Positions 19,496 to 29,418 of a stretch of 64,000 nt of DNA are shown one piece after another; position 1 is the stretch's first letter; every line of letters starts with the position of its first letter. A program made the translations under genes and the position numbers. The stretch spans positions 7,826 to 71,825 of the forward strand of contig CALWAV010000075.1 in assembly GCA_944375745.1 (NCBI GenBank). Reading direction: 5' to 3'. The notes under the pieces are model-generated. The model was not told the DNA's origin and searched no databases. It saw only the letters and a program-made list of their open reading frames with translations. This stretch comes from an uncultured Merdimonas sp. GTDB lineage: Bacteria > Bacillota > Clostridia > Lachnospirales > Lachnospiraceae.

Positions 19496-19873
19496 ATGAG
19501 ACGGCTGCCGGATTCGGAACTGGAACTGATGATGATTATCTGGGACGCGGGACATCCTGTGACAAGGAATGAGATTGAAGAGAAGCTGCCGGGAGAGAGA
19601 CGGCTTTCGGCCACGACGATTCTCTCCTTCTTATCCAGACTGGAGGAGAAAGGCTTCGTCCGTGTCAGGAAAGAGGGAAGAAATAATGTCTATGAGTCTG
19701 TGGTACGGAAAGAGGATTACCTGACTCAGGAGAGCCGCAGTATCTGGAAGCGGCTTTACCAGAACTCGGTGGGAAATTTCATGACTGCCCTGGGACGGGG
19801 AGATGATTTGACGGATCAGGATTTGGATGAGCTTCAGGAATTTTTGGATCGGAAGAGAAGGGAGAGAAATTAA
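19496..19873 (+). CDS. BlaI/MecI/CopY-family repressor
   Basis: LPDSELELMMIIW, TTILSFLSRLEEKGF and DLDEL motifs. Confidence 0.93.
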   Translation: MRRLPDSELELMMIIWDAGHPVTRNEIEEKLPGERRLSATTILSFLSRLEEKGFVRVRKEGRNNVYESVVRKEDYLTQESRSIWKRLYQNSVGNFMTALGRGDDLTDQDLDELQEFLDRKRRERN

Positions 19874-19875
19874 AG

Positions 19876-22179
19876 ATGCTGCAGGCAGGACACAGAAAGA
19901 TTGTATGGCTGTTTCTTCTGTTTTGGATGGCGGTTCTTCATATATGGCTTTTTGAGAAGCTTATGACCACCTCCCTCTGGGCGCTTTATGTGAATCTTAC
20001 ACTGGGCTGGTATCTGAGGCGGCTGATACCCTTTGTATGGCTGGCCGGTGCGCTGTGCATGGCTCTCTGGCAGCTCTGGTCCTATCAGAACTTTCGCAGA
20101 AAGGCGCTGGAACATATGAAGCCGGTGGAAGAATCCTGGATGCGGAGCGTCTGCAGCCAGGCGGCAGCTGAAGCGGGCTGCGGGAATATGCCTCCGCTGT
20201 ACCAGAGCAGCGCTGTCAGCACGCCGCTGGTGCTGGGCTTTGCGGCTCCGGTCATGCTGGTGCCGGAGGAGACTTATACCTGGACAGAGCTCCGTATGGT
20301 GTTTCTTCATGAATGCACCCATGTGAAGAAAAAGGATCTCTGGTATAAACTGATTTTTACCGCAGGGACCTGTGTGCTCTGGTTTCAGCCCCTTCTGTAT
20401 CTGCTGAAAGCGGCGGCTTACCGGGATGTGGAGACCGCCTGCGATCAGAGCGTGGTAAAGGGAAAGTCGGAGGCAGACCGGAAGGCATACGCAGATTTTC
20501 TGCTGGAGTCTCTCAGAAAAGGAAAGAACCGGGAACTGCCCTATTCCGCTTATTTTTACAACAGCAAGGCGGTCATGAAGGCCCGTCTTGCTGTAGTGGA
20601 GGATACCCGGGAACGGTCCGGAATCCCCGGAACGGTGGTCTGCATCGTCCTGGCGGCCCTGACGGTCTTGATGGCGGCGGACAGGATGAACGCGGCGCGG
20701 GAGGAACTCTGGGAACAGTATGCATCCAGCCAGCCCCAGAACATTTACGAGGGCTATACGCCTCCGGAAAGTTTTACAGAGGAAGAGACGCAGAAAATGG
20801 CAGATTTGATCGGGCAGTATGGAGTCAGCGCAGAGGAAGCTGCCCGGAATACAGGCGCGCAGGGATACGATTCCCTGGAAGAGGATTCCCGGAACACAGG
20901 TGCGCAGGGATACGATTCCCTGGAAGAAGATGCCCGGGAAAGCATGCCGCCGGAGCTTACGGCAGAAGGCCCCTGGCAGGTGCAGAATGGTGAGACTCCG
21001 GCACAGGCAGCGGAAGCATTGGCCTACCGGTTTGCCATGTATTATGAGGATCAGGAGGCAGGAAGCAGGCTTCACTCAGATCTTCTGGTGGATTCCGGAT
21101 TTTATTTGATGGATCGGCTGGGCAGCCGGGTCCTGGCGGAAAACGGGGAGGAGGCAGTCTGTGCCCTCCGTTTCCGCTTTCTGGCAGAGAATAAAAGCGC
21201 TCTGTCCGGCCTGAGGCAGCTGCCTGGCATGCAGTCCGGCTATGATGACGGCTATGAGCAGCTTTATTTTGACTGGGCCGTCCGGATCCGGAATATAAAT
21301 GAAATAGAAAAGGTATGGGAGCTTGAGGGCGCTGCCCTTCTGGATGATGTCCTTTCTGCCTGTGAAGAGGCTGGGACAGCGGTGGAGACAGGCTTTATGG
21401 AGCTTGATCTCTGGGAGCTTCCCCAGTACAGGGCAAGGACTGTAAACCAGGTGACAGAAGTGACCTGGAACTATGGGGAGGATTGGCAGGAGGTTCCCAT
21501 TGCCTTTGAGGATTTGACAGCGAGAGGAGATCAGATGGATGGGGCTCTGACCGGAGTACAGGAGAAAAGCTATGTGGTTTCGGAAGATATGGCAGCCTTT
21601 GCTTACGGAGGATCTTCGGAGGTCCCGGTGACAGTGGCCTGGACAAAGGATCAGGGGAAGAACTGGACCACCAGTGTGGTGACCCATGATTACACCAGCG
21701 TGCGCCGGCTGTTTTTAAGCTTTCCGGACGCGGAGCATGGATTTCTGGTGCTGACTGATGGGCGGACCATGTGGCAGGAAGGAGACGTGCTGTTCCGGAC
21801 TGAGGATGGGGGCTTTACCTGGACAGAGGTGGAGAGAGAAACTCCGCCTGGCTATGGCGGATCCCATTCTTTGACCATGGGAGCAGAGTTTATCACGCCG
21901 GAGGTGGGCTTTACCGCCATACGGAGTTCCCAGGAGCCCCTCCTGTACCGTACAGAAGACGGAGGGGTGAACTGGGAGCAATGCTCTTTCCCGCCGGCTT
22001 CAGGTGCTGAATACGTGGAATCTTATACGATGGCCTATCCGCCGGAACAGAAAGAAGACAGGCTCTGCGTATATCTGAGTATGGAGGAATATTCGGAACT
22101 GGGAGGCACCAAGCTGCGCTATGAGTCACAGGACCTGGGGAAAACCTGGGTCTATACAGGAGAAGTAATGAGAAAATAG
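19876..22179 (+). CDS. BlaR1/MecR1-type M56 metallopeptidase fused to a BNR/YCF48-like beta-propeller ectodomain
   Basis: STPLVLGF, HECTH (HExxH), WFQPL and ETACD motifs; TM helix; Asp-box repeats TKDQGKNW, TEDGGFTW, TEDGGVNW, SQDLGKTW. Confidence 0.88.
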   Translation: MLQAGHRKIVWLFLLFWMAVLHIWLFEKLMTTSLWALYVNLTLGWYLRRLIPFVWLAGALCMALWQLWSYQNFRRKALEHMKPVEESWMRSVCSQAAAEAGCGNMPPLYQSSAVSTPLVLGFAAPVMLVPEETYTWTELRMVFLHECTHVKKKDLWYKLIFTAGTCVLWFQPLLYLLKAAAYRDVETACDQSVVKGKSEADRKAYADFLLESLRKGKNRELPYSAYFYNSKAVMKARLAVVEDTRERSGIPGTVVCIVLAALTVLMAADRMNAAREELWEQYASSQPQNIYEGYTPPESFTEEETQKMADLIGQYGVSAEEAARNTGAQGYDSLEEDSRNTGAQGYDSLEEDARESMPPELTAEGPWQVQNGETPAQAAEALAYRFAMYYEDQEAGSRLHSDLLVDSGFYLMDRLGSRVLAENGEEAVCALRFRFLAENKSALSGLRQLPGMQSGYDDGYEQLYFDWAVRIRNINEIEKVWELEGAALLDDVLSACEEAGTAVETGFMELDLWELPQYRARTVNQVTEVTWNYGEDWQEVPIAFEDLTARGDQMDGALTGVQEKSYVVSEDMAAFAYGGSSEVPVTVAWTKDQGKNWTTSVVTHDYTSVRRLFLSFPDAEHGFLVLTDGRTMWQEGDVLFRTEDGGFTWTEVERETPPGYGGSHSLTMGAEFITPEVGFTAIRSSQEPLLYRTEDGGVNWEQCSFPPASGAEYVESYTMAYPPEQKEDRLCVYLSMEEYSELGGTKLRYESQDLGKTWVYTGEVMRK
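20833..20937 (+). repeat. In-frame 45-bp tandem repeat (~2.3 copies, EExxRNTGAQGYDSL)
   Basis: Units at 20833-20877 and 20878-20922, partial copy at 20923-20937. Confidence 0.92.
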
Positions 22180-22255
22180 CCTGGCGGGGAGCTTCTGAAA
22201 AAGCAGCACAGATAACAGATGATTTTCATATACCAGCAGAGAGAGGCAAAAGAAG

Positions 22256-23449
22256 ATGAAAACGGACAGTCAGACATATCAGAATAAGAAAGAAGAGAAA
22301 CATGTTAAGGGAAGGCTGAGGGGCTTCCTCTTTACAGAAAGGCTTTTCAGCCTTCTGTTTCTGGTTTTCTATATACCGGCGTGGGGAGCTTTTGTGCGCC
22401 TGTGCCTGTATGGAGGCGTCAGAAGGAACCTTCCGGTTCTGGCTGTCTGTGTTTTATTCTTCCTGGTTTATCTGGCAGTTTATTTTGCGGAAGTCCGGCT
22501 TTATAAAAAACGGAGTCCGGGAAAGAAATATACGCAGGCTGAGCTCAAAGAAAACAGAGTGCTTCTGTGGAAAGAAGAAGAGGGACAGGAAAATAGCGCA
22601 GAGTTTGATTTGAAAGATCTGCGCTGGTACCGGAAAAAGAAAGGGCAGATTTTTCTCTTTCTGAAAGGCCATCGGTTTGTGTGGCTGGACACAGAACGTC
22701 TGTCGGAACAGAAAAGAGAATTCCTGGAGCTGAAGCTGACACAGAAAGGAGTTTTCGCGGCCCGTTTCTGGAGGATTCCCATTGCTCTTCTGCTGGCAGC
22801 AGTGACCTTCCTGGGAGCCGCAGGCGTGGTCTGGAGCGGGATTCCCTATAACGGAAAGCTGTCCTGGGCCCTGGAAGAACTCCGCAGCAGCAGGAAAGTC
22901 CGCCTGGTACATGACAATATTTATGAGGACGGACTGGACGGAATTCTGGAGGATATCCGCAAAAGGGTGGATCTTCCGGAAACCCTCTGCCTGGTCAAGA
23001 GCTTCAATCTGCATTTTCGGGCCGATGGCACAGTGGAGAGCTTGTATACCTTTGTAAAAGGATTTGATGAGGAAGGAAACTTTGTGGACAGTTATCTGAT
23101 CGACTATGACAGATCCAGCTCTGATAAAATTACGGTCTGGCTTGGCGGGGCCGCGGATACGGATTTTGACAGGGAAAAGGATCTGACGCCTCTGGTGGAG
23201 GCCATGCGGGTTCTGCCTCTGCAGGAAACCGTGGAGAACTGGAACGAGGAGGTCTACGGAATTCTTTATTACGGGGAACGGAGCTGGGGCTACAGTACAG
23301 AGGGGATCCGGTATCTGGAGCCGGATGGCAGCGTTTCCCTGCCGGGCGCATTTGTGTCAGAGGAGATCAAGGGGTACAGTATATCCGTCTTCTGTCCGGA
23401 AAATGAAGCGGCAGCGCCTGTCAGATATCTGTACAGGGGGATCTTGTGA
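22256..23449 (+). CDS. Membrane protein of unknown function (three TM segments plus an acidic C-terminal domain)
   Basis: 397-aa ORF, GAGG RBS, coding-like composition. Confidence 0.75.
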   Translation: MKTDSQTYQNKKEEKHVKGRLRGFLFTERLFSLLFLVFYIPAWGAFVRLCLYGGVRRNLPVLAVCVLFFLVYLAVYFAEVRLYKKRSPGKKYTQAELKENRVLLWKEEEGQENSAEFDLKDLRWYRKKKGQIFLFLKGHRFVWLDTERLSEQKREFLELKLTQKGVFAARFWRIPIALLLAAVTFLGAAGVVWSGIPYNGKLSWALEELRSSRKVRLVHDNIYEDGLDGILEDIRKRVDLPETLCLVKSFNLHFRADGTVESLYTFVKGFDEEGNFVDSYLIDYDRSSSDKITVWLGGAADTDFDREKDLTPLVEAMRVLPLQETVENWNEEVYGILYYGERSWGYSTEGIRYLEPDGSVSLPGAFVSEEIKGYSISVFCPENEAAAPVRYLYRGIL

Positions 23450-23457
23450 AACAGTGC

Positions 23458-23486
23458 TTGTATCAGGACAGAGGCCATGTTACACT
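23458..23486 (+). promoter_or_regulatory. Candidate promoter for the PBP gene
   Basis: TTGTAT, 17 nt, TACACT with extended -10 TG. Confidence 0.5.
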
Positions 23487-23545
23487 TTAAATCAGGAAGG
23501 CTGTTCCGGCGAAGGGGCTGCCGGACAGGAAGGGGGAAGATCAGT

Positions 23546-25624
23546 ATGAAGAAAATCACAGGAGCAGCGGTTCTGCTGCTATGCCTGGGCGCGCTGGCAG
23601 GCTGCGGGAAAAAGCCGGTCCAGCCGGAGGAGCTTCTGACGGAATATATGGGGCTTCTGAATGAAGGAAATTATGAGGAAATGTATTCCTATCTCTCAGA
23701 AGACGCAAAGGCAGAGACAGATGAGGAGACTTACGTAAATCGATACCGGAACATTTATACGGGAATCGAAGCTTCGGATATCACCATTGAGATTCAGGAA
23801 GAGGAAGATAAGGATGAGGACGCGGACACTCAGAGGGTAGAGTATGCGGTTTCCATGCAGACGCTGGCAGGCGAACTTTCCTTTGACAATATGGTGGCAA
23901 TTTTTACGAAGGATGAAGAGGGAAATTACAAGATGGAATGGGACAGCCAGGACATCTTTCCGAATCTTCAGAATTCGGACAAAGTACGGGTGGTGACTAC
24001 AGCCGCCAAAAGAGGCAATATTTATGACAGAAACCATGTGGAGCTGGCACGGGAAGGAGTGGCCTCCTCTGTGGGCCTGGTGCCGGGAAAACTGCCGGAG
24101 GACCGGGATGGAGCTCTTGCACAGCTTTCTTCCCTTCTGGAAATCAGCGTGGAGAAAATAGAAAATGCTTTAAGCGCAGGCTGGGTCCGGGATGATACCT
24201 TTGTGCCTCTGCGCACGGTTTCCAAGGATGCCATGGATTTGAAGGAACAGCTGCTGGAGATCCCGGGTGTCATGATCACGGATACGACAGTCCGCTACTA
24301 TCCTTTTGGGGAGAAGGCTGCCCAGCTGACCGGCTATGTGCAGAGCATTACGGCAGAGGAGCTGGAGGAACGGGAAGGCCAGGGCTATAATCAGAACAGC
24401 ATCATCGGAAAGGCCGGAGCGGAGCGTGTCTACGAGGAGCAGCTGCGCCCGAAGGACGGCTATTCCATCCAGATCCTGAATGGGCTGGGGGATGTGAAGG
24501 AGACAGTACTGGAAAAAGCGCCGGAGGACGGAGAAGATATTGTGCTGACTGTAGATATTACCCTGCAGCAGTACCTTTATCAGGAAATGGAAGGGGATGA
24601 AGGCTGCGCCGTGGCCATGGATCCCACCAGCGGAGCTGTGCTGGCACTGGTGAGTACACCGGCCTATGATCCCAATGATTTCGTGATGGGTTATACCACA
24701 AGCGCCTGGGAGGCCATCAACTCGGACGAGGCCCAGCCTCTGTACAACCGGTGGCTTGGCTCCTGGGTTCCGGGTTCATCCTTCAAGCCGGTGACAGCGG
24801 CTCTGGCTCTGACGGAAGGAACGCTGGATCCGGAAGAGAATGTACAGAATGAGGGCCTCCGCTGGCAGCTGGACTCCAGCTGGGGCAGCTATTATGTGAC
24901 AACCCTTGAGGATTATCCGGTGAAGAACCTGGAAAATGCTTTGATTCACTCGGACAATATTTATTTCGCGAAGGCGGCTGTGGGCATGGGAGCCGAGGGC
25001 TTCGGGAAAGGCCTGGATTCTCTGGGCTTTGGGGAAAGCCTGGATTTCGACTTTTCCTTAAGTGCTTCCACCTACGGAACAGACGGCGAGATTACCTCAG
25101 ATACGGAGCTTGCGGACAGCGGTTATGGACAGGGAAAGATTCTGGTGAACCCGGTCCATCTGTCTTCCATGTATTCGGCTCTGGTCAACGGAGGCAGCAT
25201 GATCCGGCCTTATCTGACGGAGGGGCAGGAAACCTCTTACTGGAAGGAAGGGGTATTTACCGCGGATGCGGCCCAGACGGTGCTGGAGGATCTGTATCAG
25301 GTGGTGGAATCAGAGGAAGGCACAGCCCATGAGGCCTACCGGAGTGAATACCGTCTGGCCGGAAAGACAGGCACAGCCGAGATCAAAGACTCCCAGGATG
25401 ACACCACAGGTACGGAGCTTGGCTGGTTTGTGGGTATGTGCACAGAGAATACAGATAAGCCGCTTCTGATTACCATGATGATAGAAGATGTGAAGGGCCG
25501 GGGAGGCAGCCACTATGTGATTCCAAAGGTAATGGCAGGGTTTGACGCGTATCTGCTGGGCAAGGCTCCGGCCTTTTCACCGGAGAACGGCAGCACAGCA
25601 GCACTTCCGGAAGGAGAGAACTGA
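23546..25624 (+). CDS. Class B penicillin-binding protein of PBP2a/PBP5/PbpC type, lipoprotein
   Basis: Lipobox LAGC; NTF2-like MecA_N region; RGNIYDRN and RYYP; catalytic SSFK, SDN and KTG. Confidence 0.9.
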   Translation: MKKITGAAVLLLCLGALAGCGKKPVQPEELLTEYMGLLNEGNYEEMYSYLSEDAKAETDEETYVNRYRNIYTGIEASDITIEIQEEEDKDEDADTQRVEYAVSMQTLAGELSFDNMVAIFTKDEEGNYKMEWDSQDIFPNLQNSDKVRVVTTAAKRGNIYDRNHVELAREGVASSVGLVPGKLPEDRDGALAQLSSLLEISVEKIENALSAGWVRDDTFVPLRTVSKDAMDLKEQLLEIPGVMITDTTVRYYPFGEKAAQLTGYVQSITAEELEEREGQGYNQNSIIGKAGAERVYEEQLRPKDGYSIQILNGLGDVKETVLEKAPEDGEDIVLTVDITLQQYLYQEMEGDEGCAVAMDPTSGAVLALVSTPAYDPNDFVMGYTTSAWEAINSDEAQPLYNRWLGSWVPGSSFKPVTAALALTEGTLDPEENVQNEGLRWQLDSSWGSYYVTTLEDYPVKNLENALIHSDNIYFAKAAVGMGAEGFGKGLDSLGFGESLDFDFSLSASTYGTDGEITSDTELADSGYGQGKILVNPVHLSSMYSALVNGGSMIRPYLTEGQETSYWKEGVFTADAAQTVLEDLYQVVESEEGTAHEAYRSEYRLAGKTGTAEIKDSQDDTTGTELGWFVGMCTENTDKPLLITMMIEDVKGRGGSHYVIPKVMAGFDAYLLGKAPAFSPENGSTAALPEGEN

Positions 25625-25625
25625 T

Positions 25626-26387
25626 ATGATACTGGCAATAGATATCGGAAATACCAATATAGAGGTGGGATGCATTCAGGGGGATGACATTCTTTTTGTG
25701 GAGCGGATTCACACGGATGGGACCAAGTCAGAGCTGGAATACGCCATCAGCATTAAGACGGTGCTGGAGCTCTATAAAATAGAAAGAAAAGCTCTGGACG
25801 GAGGAATTATTTCTTCTGTGGTGCCGCCGCTGACAGGCGTGATGCGCAGGGCGGCAGAGAAGGTCACCGGTCGGGAGATTCTGGTGGTAGGGCCTGGTGT
25901 AAAGACCGGGCTGGATATCCGGATTGACAATCCGGCCCAGCTGGGCACCGGACTGGTAGTGGGAGCCGTAGCCGGCATCGAAGAATATCCCTGTCCTCTC
26001 GTCATCATCGATATGGGAACTGCCACTACTTTTACAGTGGTCAATGAGAAAAAACAGGTAATGGGCGGCATGATTATGCCGGGCGTGGGAGTGGCCCTGG
26101 ATTCTCTTATCAGCCGGACCTCCCAGCTTCCGAAGATCAGCCTGGAACCGCCGAAAAAACTGATTGGAAGCAATACGGTGGACTGTATGAAAAGCGGCGT
26201 CCTCTATGGGAACGCCGCCTGTATGGATGGAATGATTGAGTTGATTGAAAAAGAACTGGGCCAGAAGGTCTATGCGGTGGCTACAGGAGGCATGGCCAAG
26301 TACATTGTGCCTTACTGCCGCACGCCGATTCAGATGGATGATGCCCTGCTTCTGAAGGGACTGAAACTGATTTACCGGAGGAACTAA
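25626..26387 (+). CDS. coaX: Type III pantothenate kinase
   Basis: LAIDIGNTN, ISSVVP, IDMGTATT, GGMIMPG and ATGG motifs. Confidence 0.93.
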   Translation: MILAIDIGNTNIEVGCIQGDDILFVERIHTDGTKSELEYAISIKTVLELYKIERKALDGGIISSVVPPLTGVMRRAAEKVTGREILVVGPGVKTGLDIRIDNPAQLGTGLVVGAVAGIEEYPCPLVIIDMGTATTFTVVNEKKQVMGGMIMPGVGVALDSLISRTSQLPKISLEPPKKLIGSNTVDCMKSGVLYGNAACMDGMIELIEKELGQKVYAVATGGMAKYIVPYCRTPIQMDDALLLKGLKLIYRRN

Positions 26388-26447
26388 AGAGGCGTCCGCG
26401 GCGAGCCGGACAGAGGGATCATGGAAACCGGGAGCCTTCTTAGGAAT

Positions 26448-27764
26448 TCAGGTATGCCGGTTTCCACGGTGGACTGCGTTTTCTCCGTATTTCCGGCGTA
26501 TCTGTTCCATGGCGGCGTCCAGTTTTTTCAGCTTTTCCGGGGAAGGAGCCCTGCGGGCCTCCTTCCCTTTTTCCGGTTTGTCCGGGCGGGCAGCAGGAGA
26601 AGGCTGCTCTGCCGGATTTTTCTTCTCCGGCGGTTCTTCCGGAGAAGAGGAGGGAGCTGCGGCAGGCAGATCGAAGATGGAAAGCTGTACAGGCTCGCCT
26701 TCCGCAGTCAGGCGTGAGGAACGGATGCCAAGGAGCCGTATGGGACGGCTGTCCCACAGCTCATCAAACAGGGAACAAGCCAGACGGAAGATGTCCTCTT
26801 CACTGTTTACAGGTGTCAGCGTCTGGGTCTGGTGGGAAACCTTTGTAAAGTCAAAATATTTGATTTCCACAGTGATCGTTCCCGCCAGCTGTCCTGCTTT
26901 CTGCAGACGCCCGGCCACGCTTGCGGCCAGTGAACGGAGGATTTCCTTTGCCTTTGGAGCCTCTGTGATATCCTCGGAAAGTGTTGTGGAGTTTCCCACA
27001 CCCTTGGCTTCCTGCTTCTGGGTGACGACGGTGCCCTCATCAATGCCGTTGGCATATTCCCACATGAGCCGGCCGTGGCTTTTGAAGTGGGTGGTGAGAA
27101 AGGCCGGATCGGCCTGCGCCAGATCTCCGATGGTGCGGATCCCCAGGCTTTCCAGCTTGGAGGCGCTGCGCCTCCCCACCATAAATAAATCGGATACAGG
27201 CAGGGGCCACATCTTCTGCCGGATTTCTTCCGGATAAAGAGTGTGGACCTTTCCGGGCTTCTCGAAATCACTGGCCATCTTTGCCAGCACCTTCACGGTG
27301 GAGACTCCCACATTGACTGTAAATCCAAAGCTTTCAAAGACACGGTCACGGATTTTTCCGGCGGCTTCCTCCGGGGAGGAGTACCGGGAGGCGATTGGCG
27401 TGAAATCCATGTAGCATTCGTCGATGGATACCTGCTCCAGAAGAGGAGAGAATTCCTCAGAGAGCAGTTTTATCATGGCCTTGCTGTACTGACGGTACAG
27501 CTTATGATCCGGCGGCTCCATGACGAGACCGGGACATTTCCGCAGGGCTGCCGCCACAGGTTCTCCCGTCTGAATCCCATACTTTTTGGCGGGAATGGAT
27601 TTGGCCAGAACGACACCGTGGCGGCTTTTTTCATCGCCGCCTATGATGGAAGGAATTGTGCGCAGATCAACCCCGCTTCCGCTCTTGAGCTTTTCCAGTG
27701 CAGTCCAGCTCAGGTAAGCGGAATTTACATCAATATGGAAGATGATTTGCTTTCGGTCTGTCAT
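26448..27764 (-). CDS. dinB: DNA polymerase IV (Y-family)
   Basis: HIDVNSAY, SIDE and LAKMASD..KP motifs; QLSIF clamp motif; AGGAGG RBS before 27764. Confidence 0.92.
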   Translation of the reverse strand: MTDRKQIIFHIDVNSAYLSWTALEKLKSGSGVDLRTIPSIIGGDEKSRHGVVLAKSIPAKKYGIQTGEPVAAALRKCPGLVMEPPDHKLYRQYSKAMIKLLSEEFSPLLEQVSIDECYMDFTPIASRYSSPEEAAGKIRDRVFESFGFTVNVGVSTVKVLAKMASDFEKPGKVHTLYPEEIRQKMWPLPVSDLFMVGRRSASKLESLGIRTIGDLAQADPAFLTTHFKSHGRLMWEYANGIDEGTVVTQKQEAKGVGNSTTLSEDITEAPKAKEILRSLAASVAGRLQKAGQLAGTITVEIKYFDFTKVSHQTQTLTPVNSEEDIFRLACSLFDELWDSRPIRLLGIRSSRLTAEGEPVQLSIFDLPAAAPSSSPEEPPEKKNPAEQPSPAARPDKPEKGKEARRAPSPEKLKKLDAAMEQIRRKYGENAVHRGNRHT

Positions 27765-27838
27765 GGGCTCCCTCCTGTTCCGGGGCGGGGACGGGATTCC
27801 TGCGGCTGCCCCGGCGCGCGCAGGAAATAGCTGTATCA

Positions 27839-27868
27839 ATTATAGCATGACAGAACATATGTTTACAA
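27839..27868 (-). promoter_or_regulatory. dinB promoter with LexA (SOS) box
   Basis: Minus strand TTGTAA, 18 nt, TATAAT with extended -10 TG; GAACATATGTTT at 27853-27864 fits the Firmicute GAAC-N4-GTTY box. Confidence 0.8.
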
Positions 27869-27893
27869 GGAGCGAATGATACAAAGTGACGGT

Positions 27894-27922
27894 TTGACCG
27901 CCTGCCGGGAACGTGCTAAACT
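27894..27922 (+). promoter_or_regulatory. Candidate hydG promoter
   Basis: TTGACC, 17 nt, TAAACT with extended -10 TG. Confidence 0.55.
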
Positions 27923-28005
27923 TGAAAAAGTGTAACACAAAAATGGCGTAGGGAGAGCGTCTGGACGCGTCTGTGCCGGCAAAATGGAAGAAAGAGGGTA
28001 TTGAC

Positions 28006-29418
28006 ATGTATAACGCAGCATCAAAACGCGCAGAAGAGTTTATTGATCATGAGGAAATTCTGGCGTCGATTCAGTTTGCACAGGAGAACAAGGACAACAA
28101 AGCTTACATAGAATCGCTGATTGAACGGGCCGCGGACTGTAAGGGCCTAAATCACAGGGAAGCCATGGTTCTGCTGGAATGTGAGGATCCGGAGCTGAAT
28201 GAGAAAATGTTCCGGCTGGCAAGAGATATCAAGCAGAAATTTTACGGAAACCGGATTGTTATGTTTGCGCCGCTGTATCTTTCCAATTACTGTGTGAACG
28301 GCTGTACATACTGTCCGTACCATGCGAAAAACAAACATATTGCCAGAAAAAAGCTGACCCAGGAGGAGATCCGGAAAGAAGTCATCGCCCTTCAGGATAT
28401 GGGACATAAGCGTCTGGCCCTGGAGACCGGCGAGGATCCGGTGAACAATCCTATTGAATATGTACTGGAAAGCATTAAGACGATCTACAGCATTCAGCAT
28501 AAGAACGGCGCTATCCGCCGGGTGAATGTCAATATTGCGGCAACCACGGTGGAAAATTACAGAAAGCTGAAAGAGGCGGGAATCGGTACCTATATTTTGT
28601 TTCAGGAGACCTATCATAAGGAAAATTACGAGAAGCTGCATCCAACCGGACCAAAGCATGACTACGCCTGGCATACGGAGGCTATGGACCGGGCCATGGA
28701 GGGCGGTATCGATGATGTGGGCATCGGCGTGCTGTTCGGCCTGAACATGTACCGCTATGATTTTGTGGGACTTCTGATGCACGCAGAGCATCTGGAGGCA
28801 GCCTGCGGGGTAGGCCCCCATACCATCAGCGTGCCCAGAATCCGGAACGCCGATGATATAGATGCTTCCACCTTTGAAAACGCGATTTCTGACGAGCTGT
28901 TTGCGAAAATCGTGGCAGTGATCCGGATCGCGGTGCCCTACACAGGTATGATTATCTCCACCAGAGAATCCAAGGCTACCAGAGAAAAGGTGCTGGATCT
29001 GGGTGTGTCTCAGATAAGCGGAGGTTCCCGCACCAGCGTGGGCGGCTATGTGGAAGAAGAGGAGGAAAACTCTGCACAGTTTGATGTGAGCGATACGCGT
29101 ACCCTGGACGAGGTGGTGAACTGGCTGCTGGATCTGGGATATATCCCAAGCTTCTGTACAGCCTGCTACCGGGAGGGCAGGACAGGGGACCGTTTTATGA
29201 CCCTTGTAAAATCAGGCCAGATTGCCAACTGCTGCCAGCCCAACGCGCTGATGACATTGAAGGAATATCTGGTGGATTACGCGTCAGAGGATACAAGAAG
29301 AAAAGGCGAGGCTGTGATCGCGGAGGAGTTGAAAAAAGTGTCCAGCGATAAGATCCGGGAAATCGCGGCCCGCAATCTGAAGGAGATTGAGCATGGAAAA
29401 AGAGATTTCAGGTTCTAG
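28006..29418 (+). CDS. hydG: [FeFe]-hydrogenase H-cluster radical SAM maturase HydG
   Basis: FAPLYLSNYCVNGCTYC; GPHTISVPR; C-terminal CTAC..NCC auxiliary-cluster motif; ends RDFRF. Confidence 0.93.
   Translation: MYNAASKRAEEFIDHEEILASIQFAQENKDNKAYIESLIERAADCKGLNHREAMVLLECEDPELNEKMFRLARDIKQKFYGNRIVMFAPLYLSNYCVNGCTYCPYHAKNKHIARKKLTQEEIRKEVIALQDMGHKRLALETGEDPVNNPIEYVLESIKTIYSIQHKNGAIRRVNVNIAATTVENYRKLKEAGIGTYILFQETYHKENYEKLHPTGPKHDYAWHTEAMDRAMEGGIDDVGIGVLFGLNMYRYDFVGLLMHAEHLEAACGVGPHTISVPRIRNADDIDASTFENAISDELFAKIVAVIRIAVPYTGMIISTRESKATREKVLDLGVSQISGGSRTSVGGYVEEEEENSAQFDVSDTRTLDEVVNWLLDLGYIPSFCTACYREGRTGDRFMTLVKSGQIANCCQPNALMTLKEYLVDYASEDTRRKGEAVIAEELKKVSSDKIREIAARNLKEIEHGKRDFRF

Noticed and set aside
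20833-20937. CRISPR-like repeat
   Set aside because: Head-to-tail in-frame coding repeats with no spacers and no cas genes
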